Shown here piece after piece: positions 46,499-56,753 of a DNA stretch of 64,000 nucleotides (within the stretch, counting starts at the first letter, position 1; every line of letters begins with the position of its first letter). The notes below the pieces were generated by a model, which saw only the letters and a list, made by a program, of their open reading frames with translations, ran no database searches and was not told where the DNA came from. The stretch spans positions 2,296 through 66,295 of the forward strand of contig JBBSMC010000005.1 in assembly GCA_038233375.1 (NCBI GenBank). The letters run 5' to 3'. The stretch comes from Solirubrobacterales bacterium (GTDB taxonomy: Bacteria > Actinomycetota > Thermoleophilia > Solirubrobacterales > Solirubrobacteraceae). A program made the translations under genes and the position numbers.

Positions 46499-47796
46499 TG
46501 GCCATGAGCTCGAAGACACGCACCCCCTTCGCCACGATCGACGAGGCGCTCGAGGACATCCGCCAGGGCAAGATGGTGGTCGTCTGCGACGACGAGGACC
46601 GCGAGAACGAGGGCGATCTCACGATGGCCGCGCAGTTCGCGACCCCCGAGGCGATCAACTTCATGGCGACGCACGGGCGGGGCTTGATCTGCCTGTCGCT
46701 CACGCCCCAGCGCTGCGACGAGCTCGGCCTCGACCTGATGGCGGCCAAGAACGAGTCGCCCTTCGAGACGCCGTTCACCGTCTCGATCGAGGCTCGCGAG
46801 GGCGTCACGACCGGCATCTCGGCGCACGACCGTGCGCGCACGATCCAGGTCGCGATCGATCCCGAGTCCTCGCCGCGCGATCTCGTCCAGCCGGGCCACA
46901 TCTTTCCGCTGAAGAGCCGCGCCGGGGGCGTGCTCGAGCGCATCGGCCAGACGGAGGCTGCGATCGATCTCGCCCGCCTGGCGGGCCTGAATCCGGCCGG
47001 CGTCATCTGCGAGGTCATGAACGACGACGGCACGATGGCGCGCGTCGGCGACCTCGTCGGGTACTGCGCCCGCCACGGCCTGAAGATGATCACGGTGGCC
47101 GACCTGATCGCCTACCGCCGCCGTCACGACAAGCTCGTCGAGCGGGTCGTGTCGACGAAGCTGCCGACCGGCTTCGGCGACTTCGACGCCGTCGGCTACC
47201 GCGAGCTCGTCGGCGGCAAGCACCACGTCGCGCTGGTCAAGGGCGACGTCCAGGACCAGCCGGACGTGCTCGTGCGGGTGCACTCCGAGTGCCTCACCGG
47301 CGACGTCTTCCACTCCCTGCGCTGCGACTGCGGCGAGCAGCTCGAATCCGCCCTGGCGATGATCGAGCGCGAGGGCCAGGGGGTGCTGCTCTACCTCTCC
47401 CAGGAGGGGCGCGGGATCGGCCTGCTGAACAAGCTGCGCGCCTACAAGCTGCAGGAGGGCGGCCTCGACACCGTCGAGGCCAACCTCCAGCTCGGCCTGC
47501 CCGCCGACCTGCGCGACTACGGCATCGGGGCCCAGATCCTCGTCGACCTGGGCCTGAGCTCGATCCGGATCCTCACCAACAACCCGAAGAAGATCCGCGG
47601 CCTGGAGGGCTACGGCCTTTCGGTCTGCGAGCAGGTGCCGATCGAGCACATCTCCAACCCGCACAACGAGGCCTACCTGCGCGCCAAGCGCGACCGGATG
47701 GGGCACACGCTGCACCACCAGGGCCTCGACGTCGACAAGGAGATGCTCCACGACGAGGAGCGCCAGGACGCCCAGGCCGGAGACGCCGGCCAGTGA
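46498..47796 (+). CDS. ribBA: Bifunctional 3,4-dihydroxy-2-butanone-4-phosphate synthase / GTP cyclohydrolase II
   Basis: DRENEGDL, and the [12 protein letters not shown]...CDCG zinc site. Confidence 0.95.
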   Translation: MAMSSKTRTPFATIDEALEDIRQGKMVVVCDDEDRENEGDLTMAAQFATPEAINFMATHGRGLICLSLTPQRCDELGLDLMAAKNESPFETPFTVSIEAREGVTTGISAHDRARTIQVAIDPESSPRDLVQPGHIFPLKSRAGGVLERIGQTEAAIDLARLAGLNPAGVICEVMNDDGTMARVGDLVGYCARHGLKMITVADLIAYRRRHDKLVERVVSTKLPTGFGDFDAVGYRELVGGKHHVALVKGDVQDQPDVLVRVHSECLTGDVFHSLRCDCGEQLESALAMIEREGQGVLLYLSQEGRGIGLLNKLRAYKLQEGGLDTVEANLQLGLPADLRDYGIGAQILVDLGLSSIRILTNNPKKIRGLEGYGLSVCEQVPIEHISNPHNEAYLRAKRDRMGHTLHHQGLDVDKEMLHDEERQDAQAGDAGQ

Positions 47797-48248
47797 CGGG
47801 TCCCGGAGGGGCGGGCGACGGCGATCGCTACGCGATCGTCGTCGGGCGCTTCTACACCGAGCTCGCCGAGCGCCTCGTGACGAGCGCGACCCGCGTGTTC
47901 GAGGAGGCGGCGGGGGAGGGCAGCGTCGACGTCTTCGACGTGCCCGGCGCCTTCGAGCTGCCGCTCGCCGCGCAGATCGCGGTCCAGACCGGCCGTTACG
48001 CCGGCGTCGCCTGCCTCGGCGCGGTGATCCGCGGCGAGACGACGCACTACGACCACGTCTGCAGCGAATCGGCGCGCGGCATCCAGGACGTCGCGCTGCG
48101 CACAGACGTGCCGTGCAGCTTCGGCGTCGTGACCGTCGAGAACATGGAGCAGGCGATGGCCCGCACCGGCGGCGGGAAGCGCGACCAGGGCGCGCACGCC
48201 GCCGAGGCCGTGCTGGCGCTTGTGCGCGTGCGCGCCCAATTGGGCTGA
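47793..48248 (+). CDS. ribH: 6,7-dimethyl-8-ribityllumazine synthase
   Basis: Its GTG overlaps the ribBA stop. Contains VPGAFELP and [12 protein letters not shown]. Confidence 0.9.
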   Translation: MTGPGGAGDGDRYAIVVGRFYTELAERLVTSATRVFEEAAGEGSVDVFDVPGAFELPLAAQIAVQTGRYAGVACLGAVIRGETTHYDHVCSESARGIQDVALRTDVPCSFGVVTVENMEQAMARTGGGKRDQGAHAAEAVLALVRVRAQLG

Positions 48249-48278
48249 TTTCTCGCCGCTGCGGGGTAGGCTGGGCCC

Positions 48279-48656
48279 ATGCCCGCTGCCGAGGCAGAGG
48301 AGATGATCGCGCTGGCGCTCGTGTCCGTCGTGCACGTGATCGGTGGCCTCATGCTCGTGTGGGCCCTGCTCGACGCCGACCAGCGCTCGGGCTGGCGCAA
48401 CCTTCCCCGCCCGCCCCGCGGCGGCGGGGACGACGGACCGCCGCCCCCGCAGCCACCACGGCCGCCCGACGCACACACCCCCGCCGGACCGCCGCCCGCG
48501 CCGCTACCGCTGTGCGATGGCGCTCCCAGCCGCGTGCGCCTGCGTGAGCCGCTGCCGCTGGCCGGCGGCTATCCGCGGCCGGCGCGCAGGCCCGAGCACG
48601 AGCCCCAGCCGCAGCGCGCCCCCGTGCCGGGGCGCCAGCGCCAGCGCCGCCCCTGA
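48279..48656 (+). CDS. Possible small membrane protein with a Pro-rich tail
   Basis: One TM helix (IALALVSVVHVIGGLMLVWALL). Its 3' end overlaps the convergent GH10 gene, which makes the call doubtful. Confidence 0.25.
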   Translation: MPAAEAEEMIALALVSVVHVIGGLMLVWALLDADQRSGWRNLPRPPRGGGDDGPPPPQPPRPPDAHTPAGPPPAPLPLCDGAPSRVRLREPLPLAGGYPRPARRPEHEPQPQRAPVPGRQRQRRP

Positions 48657-49816
48657 CCCGCGGGCGCGGCGGCCTTCCTGCCGCGCGGCGCGAACGCGCT
48701 GCGCACGGCCGCAAAGGCCGGCTTCGGCTTGTAGGCCGTGTCGAAGAGCAACGGCGCCTCGCCGGAGCCGATCCAGGACAGGCGGTCGGTGATGCCCCAG
48801 GTCGTGAAGCGCTTGCAGGCCTTGACGGCGTTGCAGGCTCGCGCGGCGGCGCCGTAGGCCTCCGCCTGGCGGGTCAGCCGGTCCGAGCCGGTCACGTTGA
48901 GCAGCGAGGTCCCCACGTCCATCTCGGTGACCTGGACCTCCAGCCCCATCGCGGCGAAGCGGCGCATCGTCCACTCGAGCGTCTTCTGGTCGTGGAAGCC
49001 GAGGATGTGCGAGTGCATCTGCAAGCCGATGCCGTCCAGCGGCACGTTGCGCTTCTGCAGGTCGCGGACGAGCTCGACGAGCCCTTCGAGCTTGCGGCCC
49101 GGGCCTTCGACGCCGTATTCGTTGATGAAGAGCTTCGCCTTCGGATCGGCAGCGCGGGCGGATCGCAGCGCCAGCTCGACGTAGTCGGGGCCGATGAAGC
49201 GCCGCCAGACGCTCGGCGCGGGCCCGCCGTCGGCGGCCATCGGCTCGTTGACCACGTCCCACTCGGCGACATCGCCCGCGAAGTGGCGCATGACGGTGCT
49301 GATGTGCGTCCGCATGACCGACAGCAGCTCGTCGCGGCGCCAGCCGGTCAGCAAGGTCGCGCCCTCCGAGAGTCCCCTGCCGAGCGCACCGGGCAGGCGC
49401 GGCAGGACGATCGGCGGCAGGCGCAGGCCGAGCTCATCGGTGGCCCCGTGGTCGACCAGCCAGAGCGGCAGCGACAGGCCCCAGACGAGCGCGTGGCCGT
49501 GGATCGCCTTGTCGTTGCGGCGGGCGAAGTCGACGAGCTCGTCGGCCGCGGTGAAGTCGAACCGCCCGCGGTGCGGCTGCAGCGCCGCCATCTTCATCCC
49601 GTTCTCGGCCGTCAGGGAGTCGAACTCGCGCAGGAACGTGGCGCGGTAGCGCGTGTCCTCGCGCAGTGCGGAGAGGCGGACGGCGCTGCCCAGCGGAACC
49701 GAGCGCAGCATGTCCTTGGCGGGCGCGGATTGGGCGAGCTGCGGCGTGGCGAGCAGCGCGAGCAGCGCGAGCATGGCTAGCAAGCCGACCCGTCGTAGCA
49801 CCCCGCGCGCCCCCAT
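48569..49816 (-). CDS. Secreted GH10 endo-1,4-beta-xylanase-like protein
   Basis: Signal peptide, then TAENGMKM, HGHALVW, FINEYG (acid/base) and VTEMDV (nucleophile). Confidence 0.85.
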   Translation of the reverse strand: MGARGVLRRVGLLAMLALLALLATPQLAQSAPAKDMLRSVPLGSAVRLSALREDTRYRATFLREFDSLTAENGMKMAALQPHRGRFDFTAADELVDFARRNDKAIHGHALVWGLSLPLWLVDHGATDELGLRLPPIVLPRLPGALGRGLSEGATLLTGWRRDELLSVMRTHISTVMRHFAGDVAEWDVVNEPMAADGGPAPSVWRRFIGPDYVELALRSARAADPKAKLFINEYGVEGPGRKLEGLVELVRDLQKRNVPLDGIGLQMHSHILGFHDQKTLEWTMRRFAAMGLEVQVTEMDVGTSLLNVTGSDRLTRQAEAYGAAARACNAVKACKRFTTWGITDRLSWIGSGEAPLLFDTAYKPKPAFAAVRSAFAPRGRKAAAPAGQGRRWRWRPGTGARCGWGSCSGLRAGRG

Positions 49817-49842
49817 CGGACAGCGAAATCTAGCGCGTTGGA

Positions 49843-51408
49843 CTACTCATTGTCGCCCTTCTTGGCCTTCGCCTTCTTGCCGTTGCCGGTGGTTTCGCCG
49901 TTGACCTGCGCCTCGGCCTTGTCGAGGGCGGCCTGGATGATCTCGGGGCGATCGTCGCTGCGCTGCAGGCGCTCCTGCAGAAGCGGGATCGCGGCTGCCG
50001 GCTGGCCCGTGGCGATCAGCGCCTCGGCGAGGTTGAACAGCGCGAAGTGGTAGTTGACGTTCGAGCGCGCGCCGGCCTTGCGAAATCCCTCGACGGAGCG
50101 CTGCAGGAGCGCAACGGCGCCCGCGGGGTCGCCGCCCTTGAGGAGGTCGTAGCCCTGGTCGTTGAGCTGGGAGGGATTCCCGGTGCTCGCGCTCGCGGCG
50201 GGCGGGGGCGGTGGCGAGGGCGAGTCGGCGGGCTGCTCGGCGTCGGCTGCGGCTTGCTGGGGCGTCGTCGTCGAGGAGGACGGCGACTTCTTCGGCGTCG
50301 TCGTGGCGGATGATTCGCCCCCACCCGCCCCGCCGCCGGCGAGCGCGACCGCGACGATCACGGCGGCGATGGTCGCGGCGGCGACGCCGACCGGCAGCCA
50401 GCGCGCGGGCTTGCGACGTCCCTGGCCGGGCGCTGGAGCGGCGAGCGAGGACGGGCGGCGGGCCGCCGGAGGGGTGTGCGCAGGCGCGGCGGCCGCTGCG
50501 CCTGCCGCGGCGGCCGGAACGACGGGGGGCATCGCCCGCGTCGAGTCGACGCGCCGCGTCGGCGCTGTCGTCCCGAGCGCCCGCTCGATCTCGTCGACGA
50601 GCCCGACGGCCGTCTGGGGACGATCGCGCGGATCCTTGGCGAGCCCGCGGCCGAGAACCTCGTCGATGGCGACCGGGAGCTCCGGGGCGGCGTCGGTCGC
50701 CTTGTCGGGCTGATCCTCGACATGCTGGCGGGCCTGGGCGGTGACCGGCCCGCCGGCGAAGGGCCGCGCCCCGGTGAGCAGCTCGTAGGCGACCACGGCG
50801 AGCGCGTAGCGGTCGCTCGCGGCGGTCGCCGGCTGGCCGAGCGCCTGCTCGGGCGACAGGTAGGCGGCGGTGCCGAGCACCTGGCCGGTCTGCGTCATGT
50901 GCGTGTCGTCGGCGAGGCGGGCGATCCCGAAGTCGCCGACGGCGAGACGATCCTGGGCGTCGATGAGCAGGTTCGCCGGCTTGACGTCACGGTGCACGAT
51001 GCCTGCGCCATGGGCGGCGTCGAGGGCCAGCGCGGTCTCGCGCAGCCAGCGCAACGTCGTGTCGCGCGGCACGGGTCCGCCGCCGTCCTTCGCCGCCTTG
51101 AGCCGATCGGCGAGTGTGCCCCCGCTGAAGTACTCCATGACGATGTAGGTGTCGTCACCGTGCTCGCCGGTGTCGTAGATCGTGGCGATGTGCGGATGCT
51201 CGGAGACGCGCGCGGCGGTGCGCGCCTCGCGCTGGAAGCGCGCGCGGGCCCCGGCGTCGGCGGCGTATTGAGCGCCTAGCACCTTCACCGCGACCACCCG
51301 TCCGAGCAAGGTGTCCTCGACCTCCCAGACGGACGCCATGCCGCCGCTGGCGATGTGGCGTGTGACGCGATAGCGCTCGGGCAGCTCGATTCCTGAAGCG
51401 AGCGGCAT
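49843..51408 (-). CDS. Ser/Thr protein kinase with one TM helix and an extracytoplasmic TPR-like domain
   Basis: [21 protein letters not shown], a Pro/Ala-rich linker, TM helix [21 protein letters not shown], and a helical-repeat C-terminus. Confidence 0.9.
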   Translation of the reverse strand: MPLASGIELPERYRVTRHIASGGMASVWEVEDTLLGRVVAVKVLGAQYAADAGARARFQREARTAARVSEHPHIATIYDTGEHGDDTYIVMEYFSGGTLADRLKAAKDGGGPVPRDTTLRWLRETALALDAAHGAGIVHRDVKPANLLIDAQDRLAVGDFGIARLADDTHMTQTGQVLGTAAYLSPEQALGQPATAASDRYALAVVAYELLTGARPFAGGPVTAQARQHVEDQPDKATDAAPELPVAIDEVLGRGLAKDPRDRPQTAVGLVDEIERALGTTAPTRRVDSTRAMPPVVPAAAAGAAAAAPAHTPPAARRPSSLAAPAPGQGRRKPARWLPVGVAAATIAAVIVAVALAGGGAGGGESSATTTPKKSPSSSTTTPQQAAADAEQPADSPSPPPPPAASASTGNPSQLNDQGYDLLKGGDPAGAVALLQRSVEGFRKAGARSNVNYHFALFNLAEALIATGQPAAAIPLLQERLQRSDDRPEIIQAALDKAEAQVNGETTGNGKKAKAKKGDNE

Positions 51409-51506
51409 CTCGCGTCAAGATACCCGTCGCCCCGCCCGGCCCAACCGTCTGGCGGTGCATCCGCGTGCGGACCATCGCGCAGCGACTCACTACACTGCTC
51501 GTCGCG

Positions 51507-51698
51507 ATGGCCAAGGTATGTCACAGCTGCGGTAAGAAGCCGGCGTTCGGTCAGAGCCGAAGCCACTCGATGCGCGCCACCAAGCGCCGTTTCAATCCGA
51601 ACCTCCAGAAGGTCCGGGTGCTGATCGGCTCGGCTCCGCGCCGCGTCTACGTCTGCACGCGCTGCCTGAAGGCCGGGAAGGTCCAGAAGGCGCTCTAG
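51507..51698 (+). CDS. rpmB: 50S ribosomal protein L28
   Basis: [36 protein letters not shown]. Confidence 0.9.
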   Translation: MAKVCHSCGKKPAFGQSRSHSMRATKRRFNPNLQKVRVLIGSAPRRVYVCTRCLKAGKVQKAL

Positions 51699-51786
51699 TG
51701 CTCCCTCCGGCAGGTCCGGAGGAGGACGCCGCGGGCACCGACGACGAGCCGTCGGCGTCAGCCGATCGGATCGCCGTTGGTCGGCG

Positions 51787-51830
51787 ATCGGCGGCCGACC
51801 AGACGGGTGCGGATTTGCCGGACGGACCAC
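51787..51830 (+). repeat. 44-nt conserved motif, copy 2 (partner at 20277..20320)
   Basis: Same 34-nt core as copy 1, in the same orientation, downstream of rpmB. Confidence 0.85.
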
Positions 51831-51888
51831 CAGGGCCTGGCCGTCGTCCGCCGGTTGCCTGACCCGACCGGGCCAGGCGCGACACTGG

Positions 51889-53613
51889 ATGTCGATGGAT
51901 CCCAGCCTCGTCCGCTTCCGCGCCGTCGTCGAGGGCGCGCTCGTGCACCTCGAGTCGCGCCGTCAGGAGATCAACGATCTCAACGTCTTCCCGGTCGCCG
52001 ACGGCGACACCGGCGACAACATGGCGCTTACGCTCGAGGCGGTGCTCGCCGAGGTCGACCGCCTCGCGTCTGATACCCGCTCGCCCGGCGGCTCGCACCC
52101 GCTCGCCCGGGGGCTCGCAGGGCACAGGCAGGGCACAGGTGGGGGACGCCTGATCGACGAGATCGGGCGCGACGAGATCGTCGAGTCCGTCGCCCGCGCA
52201 GCCCTGCTGGGCGCGCGCGGCAACAGCGGCGTCATCCTGTCCCAGCTCATCCGCGGCGCGGCCGAGGAGCTCGTGAGCCGGCCCGGCGAGCTCGTCGACC
52301 CGGTGCTCATCGGCGCGGCGATGGCGCGCGCCGCCCAGCGCGCCTACAGCTCGGTGCGCGAGCCGGCCGAGGGCACGATCCTGACCGTCGTGCGCGACAT
52401 GGCCGCCTGCGTGGCCAGCGAACTCGCCCACATGGGCGACACCCGGCTCGGCGGCGAGGGCGACGCGGCGGTGCAGAACGCCCTCCTCGCCGACGTGCTC
52501 GAGCGCGCGCTGCGCGCGGGCGAGGAGTCGGTGCGCCGCGGCCCCGAGCAGCTCGCCGTGCTGCGCGAGAGCGGGGTCGTCGACGCCGGCGGCCACGCGC
52601 TGACGATCATCTTCGCGGGCATGATCGCCGCCCTGCGCGGCACCGAGCCGCCGCTCGTGGCGCGTCACGCGGCGCCCGCCCGGGTGACACATCCCGAGCA
52701 CGAGTCGTCGACCTTTCGCTACTGCACGAACTTCGCCGTCAGGGGGCAGGATCTGAACCCGGGCCCGTGGATCGAGCGCCTCGAGGCGCTGGGCGACTCG
52801 GTGCTCGTCGTCGGCGACGCCGCGACGCTGAAGGTTCACGTCCACACCGACTTCCCGGGCGGCGCGACGGCGCTCTTCGACGGGATCGGCGAGGTCTCGC
52901 ACCTCGACGTCGCCGACATGCACGCGCAGGTGCTGGCGCGCGACGAGCGGCTCGCGCCGGCCGCCGTCGCGCAGCAGCCGCAGCAGCGCTGCGCCGCGCT
53001 GGCGGTCGTCGCCGGAGAGGGGATGCGCGAGCTCTACGAGTCGCTGGGCGTCTTCGTGGTCGATGGTGGGCCGACGATCAACCCCTCGACCTACGACCTG
53101 CTCGCGGGCATCCACGACGTCCCCGCCGAGGAGGTCGTCCTGCTGCCGAACTCGCCGAACGTCTTCATGGCCGCCGAGCATGCCGCCGAGCTGTCGGAGA
53201 AGGTCGTGTGCGTGAGCGCGGCCCGCTCCCAGCAGACGGGGCTCGCCGCGGCGCTCGCGCTGGACCCGGCACGCTCGGCGGCCGAGAACGCCGCCGCCGT
53301 CGACGCTGCGCTGGAGCGCCTGCGCACGGGCGCGGTGGCGCCCGCGGCGCGCGACGACGGCGAGGGGCGCTTCGTGACCGGCGAGGCGGTCGGCTTCGTC
53401 GACGACGCGATCTTCGCCTGGGGCGAGCCGGGCCCGACGCTCGGCGCGGTGCTGGGAGAGCTCGGCGAGGACGCCGAGCTCCTGACCTGCATCGCCGGGG
53501 TCGACGCCCCGCTGGACGAGGAGGACGTGCGCGCGCTCGTGCCGGCGGGCATCGAGCTCGAATGCGAGGACGGCGGCCAGCCGGCGTACTGGTGGCTCGT
53601 CGCGGCCGAGTAG
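51889..53613 (+). CDS. DAK2 domain fusion protein (YloV-like)
   Basis: N-terminal Dak2 signature (FPVADGDTGDNM). Its position between rpmB and recG matches the Firmicutes/Actinobacteria arrangement. Confidence 0.85.
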   Translation: MSMDPSLVRFRAVVEGALVHLESRRQEINDLNVFPVADGDTGDNMALTLEAVLAEVDRLASDTRSPGGSHPLARGLAGHRQGTGGGRLIDEIGRDEIVESVARAALLGARGNSGVILSQLIRGAAEELVSRPGELVDPVLIGAAMARAAQRAYSSVREPAEGTILTVVRDMAACVASELAHMGDTRLGGEGDAAVQNALLADVLERALRAGEESVRRGPEQLAVLRESGVVDAGGHALTIIFAGMIAALRGTEPPLVARHAAPARVTHPEHESSTFRYCTNFAVRGQDLNPGPWIERLEALGDSVLVVGDAATLKVHVHTDFPGGATALFDGIGEVSHLDVADMHAQVLARDERLAPAAVAQQPQQRCAALAVVAGEGMRELYESLGVFVVDGGPTINPSTYDLLAGIHDVPAEEVVLLPNSPNVFMAAEHAAELSEKVVCVSAARSQQTGLAAALALDPARSAAENAAAVDAALERLRTGAVAPAARDDGEGRFVTGEAVGFVDDAIFAWGEPGPTLGAVLGELGEDAELLTCIAGVDAPLDEEDVRALVPAGIELECEDGGQPAYWWLVAAE

Positions 53614-53764
53614 TCCGCTCCCCTACCCGCCCGCCGGGCCGGTCCGGTTGATGCGCCGGCGACGCTCGGCCCGTTCGCGGACTTCGCGGTCGGCTCGACG
53701 CGCTCGGCGACTCTCAGGACGGCGGTTAGCCGGAGCGATCCGCGCCGCCGACCACAATGGTCGT

Positions 53765-55900
53765 GTGGCCACCGCGTTCGCCGATTCGCAAGAGCTCGAC
53801 CGCGAGGCGCTGCTGGCGGCGCCGCTGCGCTGGCCGCGGCCGTCGGAGCTCGCGACCGCGCTGAAGGTCACGCCGCAGAAGTCCGCCGACGCGGCCGCCC
53901 AGCTCGGCCTGCTGACCGTCGGCGACCTGCTCGAGCACCTGCCGCGCGACCGTCGCGAGGCGCGCTCGGTGGCGACGCTGAAGCCCGACGACGTCGCGAC
54001 CGTGGTCGTCGAGGTGCGCTCGATCACGAGCCGTCCGGTGCGCCGGCGCGGGATGAAGCCGCTTGTCGAGGCCACGGTCGCCGACGAGACCGGCGTCATG
54101 AAGGCGACGTTCTTCAACCAGCCGTGGCTGGCGCGCAGGTACCCCGCCGGCACGCGGCTGGTCCTGCACGGCAAGTACGCGGCGCGCAACGCGTTTCGCG
54201 TCACGAGCCATGCGCCCACCGACGAGTCGACCGGCAGCGCGAACGAGGTCGCCCACTATCCCGCGACGGAGGGCCTGTCCTCGACGCAGATCCTCGCGTT
54301 GGTGCGCGCTCATCTGGCGGCGGCCGAGCACGCCGTCGAGCCGCTGCCGGCGCGGGTGCGAGTGAGCATGCTGGGCGGCCTGCCCGATCGCCGCGCGGCG
54401 ATCGTCGCCGCGCACGGCGATCACGAGGACGGGTCGGTCGGCCGGCGGCGACTGGCGTTCGACGAGCTGCTGCTGGCGCAGCTCTCGCTGCTGCGCCGCC
54501 GCGCGCAGCGCCGTGCTTCGGGCGCGGCGCCGGTGCTCGACGGACCTTCCGAGCTGACACGCCGCTGGCGCGAGGAGCTGCTGCCGTTCACGCCGACCGG
54601 CGACCAGATGCGCGCGATCGCGACGCTCGACGAGGAGCTCGCTGCGCCGCGGCCGATGCAGCGCCTGCTGATGGGGGAGGTCGGCTCGGGCAAGACCGTG
54701 GTCGCGCTGCACGCCATCCTGCGCGCGGTCGAGCACGACATGCAGGCGGTGTTCATGGCGCCGACCGAGACGCTCGCCGAGCAGCACTTCGCGACGCTGC
54801 AGGCCTTGCTGCCGGGTGAGGCGGTGCGCGCGGCGCTGCTGACGGGCTCGACGCCGGCGGCGCGGCGGACTGACACGCTGTCCAAGCTCGCCACAGGGGA
54901 ACTGTCGTTCGTCGTCGGCACGCATGCGCTCGTCGAGCCCGACGTGCGGTTTGACCGCCTCGCGGTCGTCGTCGTCGACGAGCAGCACCGCTTCGGCGTG
55001 CGCCAGCGCGCGGCGCTGGACGCCAAGGCACGGGCACACAGCCCGGATGGCTGGGTCGGGCTCGTGCCGCACGTCCTGCACATGACCGCGACGCCGATTC
55101 CGCGCACGATGGCGCTGCTGCGCTACGGCGATCTCGACATCACGACACTCAGGGAGCTGCCGCGCGGGCGCCAGCCGGTGGCGACGCACGTGGCGTCGAC
55201 GGACGCCGAGCGCGCCCGTGCCTACGACCTCGTTCGCGAGCAGCTCGACGCCGGCCGCCAGGCGTTCGTCGTGTGCCCCCTGGTGGAGGAGTCCGAGGCG
55301 CTGCAGGCGCGCGCCGCGACGGTCGAGTACGAGCGGCTGCGGCTCGGCGAGCTGCGCGACTACCGGGTCGCGCTGCTGCACGGCCAGATGCGCCCGCGCG
55401 AGAAGCAGGCGGCGATGCTGTCGTTCGCCGCGGGGCAGGCCGACGTGCTCGTGGCGACGACCGTGATCGAGGTCGGCATCGACATCCCCAACGCGACGGT
55501 GATGCTCGTCGAGGGCGCCGAGCGCTACGGCATCAGCCAGCTGCACCAGCTGCGCGGCCGGGTCGGGCGCGGCGCGCACCCGTCGACCTGTCTGCTGTTC
55601 GGCCCCAAGCACGCCGCGCGGCTGCGCGCGCTGGAGCGCCACGCCGACGGCTTCGAGCTCGCCCGGATCGACCTCGCGCTGCGCGGCGAGGGCGAGATCG
55701 CCGGGACGCGCCAGTCGGGTATGGCGCAGTTGCGGTTCGCGCAGCTGCCCGAGGACGAGCCTTTGGCGGAGGCGGCGAAGGTCTACGCCGAGTCGCTGCT
55801 CGCGACCGACCCGCAGTTGGTCTCGCCTGAGCATGCCTTGCTGGGGTATGCGCTGGCGCAGGCGTACGGGGCGGGCGAGCCGGCGCCGCTGCCGGCGTGA
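53765..55900 (+). CDS. recG: ATP-dependent DNA helicase RecG
   Basis: Wedge/OB domain, Walker A GEVGSGKT, DEQH box (VVDEQHRFGV) and TATPIPRT. The ORF opens at 53648, and the GTG at 53765 is an inferred start. Confidence 0.9.
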   Translation: MATAFADSQELDREALLAAPLRWPRPSELATALKVTPQKSADAAAQLGLLTVGDLLEHLPRDRREARSVATLKPDDVATVVVEVRSITSRPVRRRGMKPLVEATVADETGVMKATFFNQPWLARRYPAGTRLVLHGKYAARNAFRVTSHAPTDESTGSANEVAHYPATEGLSSTQILALVRAHLAAAEHAVEPLPARVRVSMLGGLPDRRAAIVAAHGDHEDGSVGRRRLAFDELLLAQLSLLRRRAQRRASGAAPVLDGPSELTRRWREELLPFTPTGDQMRAIATLDEELAAPRPMQRLLMGEVGSGKTVVALHAILRAVEHDMQAVFMAPTETLAEQHFATLQALLPGEAVRAALLTGSTPAARRTDTLSKLATGELSFVVGTHALVEPDVRFDRLAVVVVDEQHRFGVRQRAALDAKARAHSPDGWVGLVPHVLHMTATPIPRTMALLRYGDLDITTLRELPRGRQPVATHVASTDAERARAYDLVREQLDAGRQAFVVCPLVEESEALQARAATVEYERLRLGELRDYRVALLHGQMRPREKQAAMLSFAAGQADVLVATTVIEVGIDIPNATVMLVEGAERYGISQLHQLRGRVGRGAHPSTCLLFGPKHAARLRALERHADGFELARIDLALRGEGEIAGTRQSGMAQLRFAQLPEDEPLAEAAKVYAESLLATDPQLVSPEHALLGYALAQAYGAGEPAPLPA

Positions 55901-55916
55901 GCGTGAGCGTGATGTG

Positions 55917-56193
55917 GGCTTCGCGTTGGCGCGCGAGAGCGATCGCGTCGTTGAACGGCATCTCTGAGGGGGTGAGTCTCGTGCGTTGCCAGCGTTCGGT
56001 CCGGAGCCGGCGTGCGGGTGGGGGAGCGTGGCGCGTAGATGTTCGTAGCGAACAGAAACCCGCCACGCTTCGGCTCGGGAGGCGCGCGCCTCCTCCCGGT
56101 TCGCGGGCCCCGGACCGCACGCTCGCGCGACTATCCACTGACACACCCTCAGAGATGTCGTTCGCCGACAGCCTTGCCGACGCCGACGCGAAG
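55917..56193. other. ~280-nt nested imperfect inverted repeat: a candidate structured ncRNA or a MITE-like element
   Basis: Non-crossing complementary pairs read from the sequence are 55917-25/56185-93 (9 bp), 55958-69/56145-56 (12 bp) and 55991-56003/56109-21 (12 of 13). Internal hairpins are 56024-32/56060-68 and the palindrome at 56077-92. Confidence 0.45.
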
Positions 56194-56219
56194 CGCACCA
56201 CGGGGCGGTCGCACAACTC

Positions 56220-56753
56220 ATGAGGGTCGTCGCCGGCACCTACGGCGGGCGCAGGCTCGTCGCCCCCGCCGGCAGCGAGACACGGCCCACGAGCGATCGC
56301 GTCCGCGAGGCGCTGTTCAGCGTCCTCGGACCGGCCGTCCAGGACACGCGCGTGCTCGATCTCTTCGCCGGGTCCGGCGCGCTCGGCATCGAAGCCCTCT
56401 CCCGAGGGGCGCAGTCAGCCGTCTTCGTCGACCGCTCGCGCAAGGCGATCCAAGCCGTTCGCGCCAACCTCGAAGCCCTCGGCATCGAGGCCGACGTGCG
56501 CACGATCGCGGCGCGTCCGGCGCTCCGCGCGGCATCCGCCCGCCGCGAGGCATACGATCTGGTCTTCCTCGATCCTCCCTACCGGCATGCCGCCGAGCTG
56601 GGGCGGGAGCTGTCGGAGCGGTTGGCCGCGGTGCTCGCACCCGGCGCCCGTGTCGTCACCGAGAGCGACCGCCGCGCTCCGCTGCAGCTGGACCTGCCAC
56701 TGACCGACGAGCGCCGCTACGGCGACACCGTCATTCGCATCCATGAACCCTGA
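56220..56753 (+). CDS. rsmD: 16S rRNA (guanine966-N2)-methyltransferase
   Basis: RPTSDRVREALF, LDLFAGSGALGIEALSRGA and the DPPY motif. Confidence 0.9.
   Translation: MRVVAGTYGGRRLVAPAGSETRPTSDRVREALFSVLGPAVQDTRVLDLFAGSGALGIEALSRGAQSAVFVDRSRKAIQAVRANLEALGIEADVRTIAARPALRAASARREAYDLVFLDPPYRHAAELGRELSERLAAVLAPGARVVTESDRRAPLQLDLPLTDERRYGDTVIRIHEP

Noticed and set aside
56050-56070. ACAGAAACCCGCC resembles the conserved ACAGAACCCGGC segment of bacterial RNase P RNA.
   Set aside because: The other universally conserved RNase P blocks, such as GAGGAAAGTCCGGGC and AGGGTGAAA, are absent. The element is also shorter than RNase P RNA, so I judge the match coincidental.
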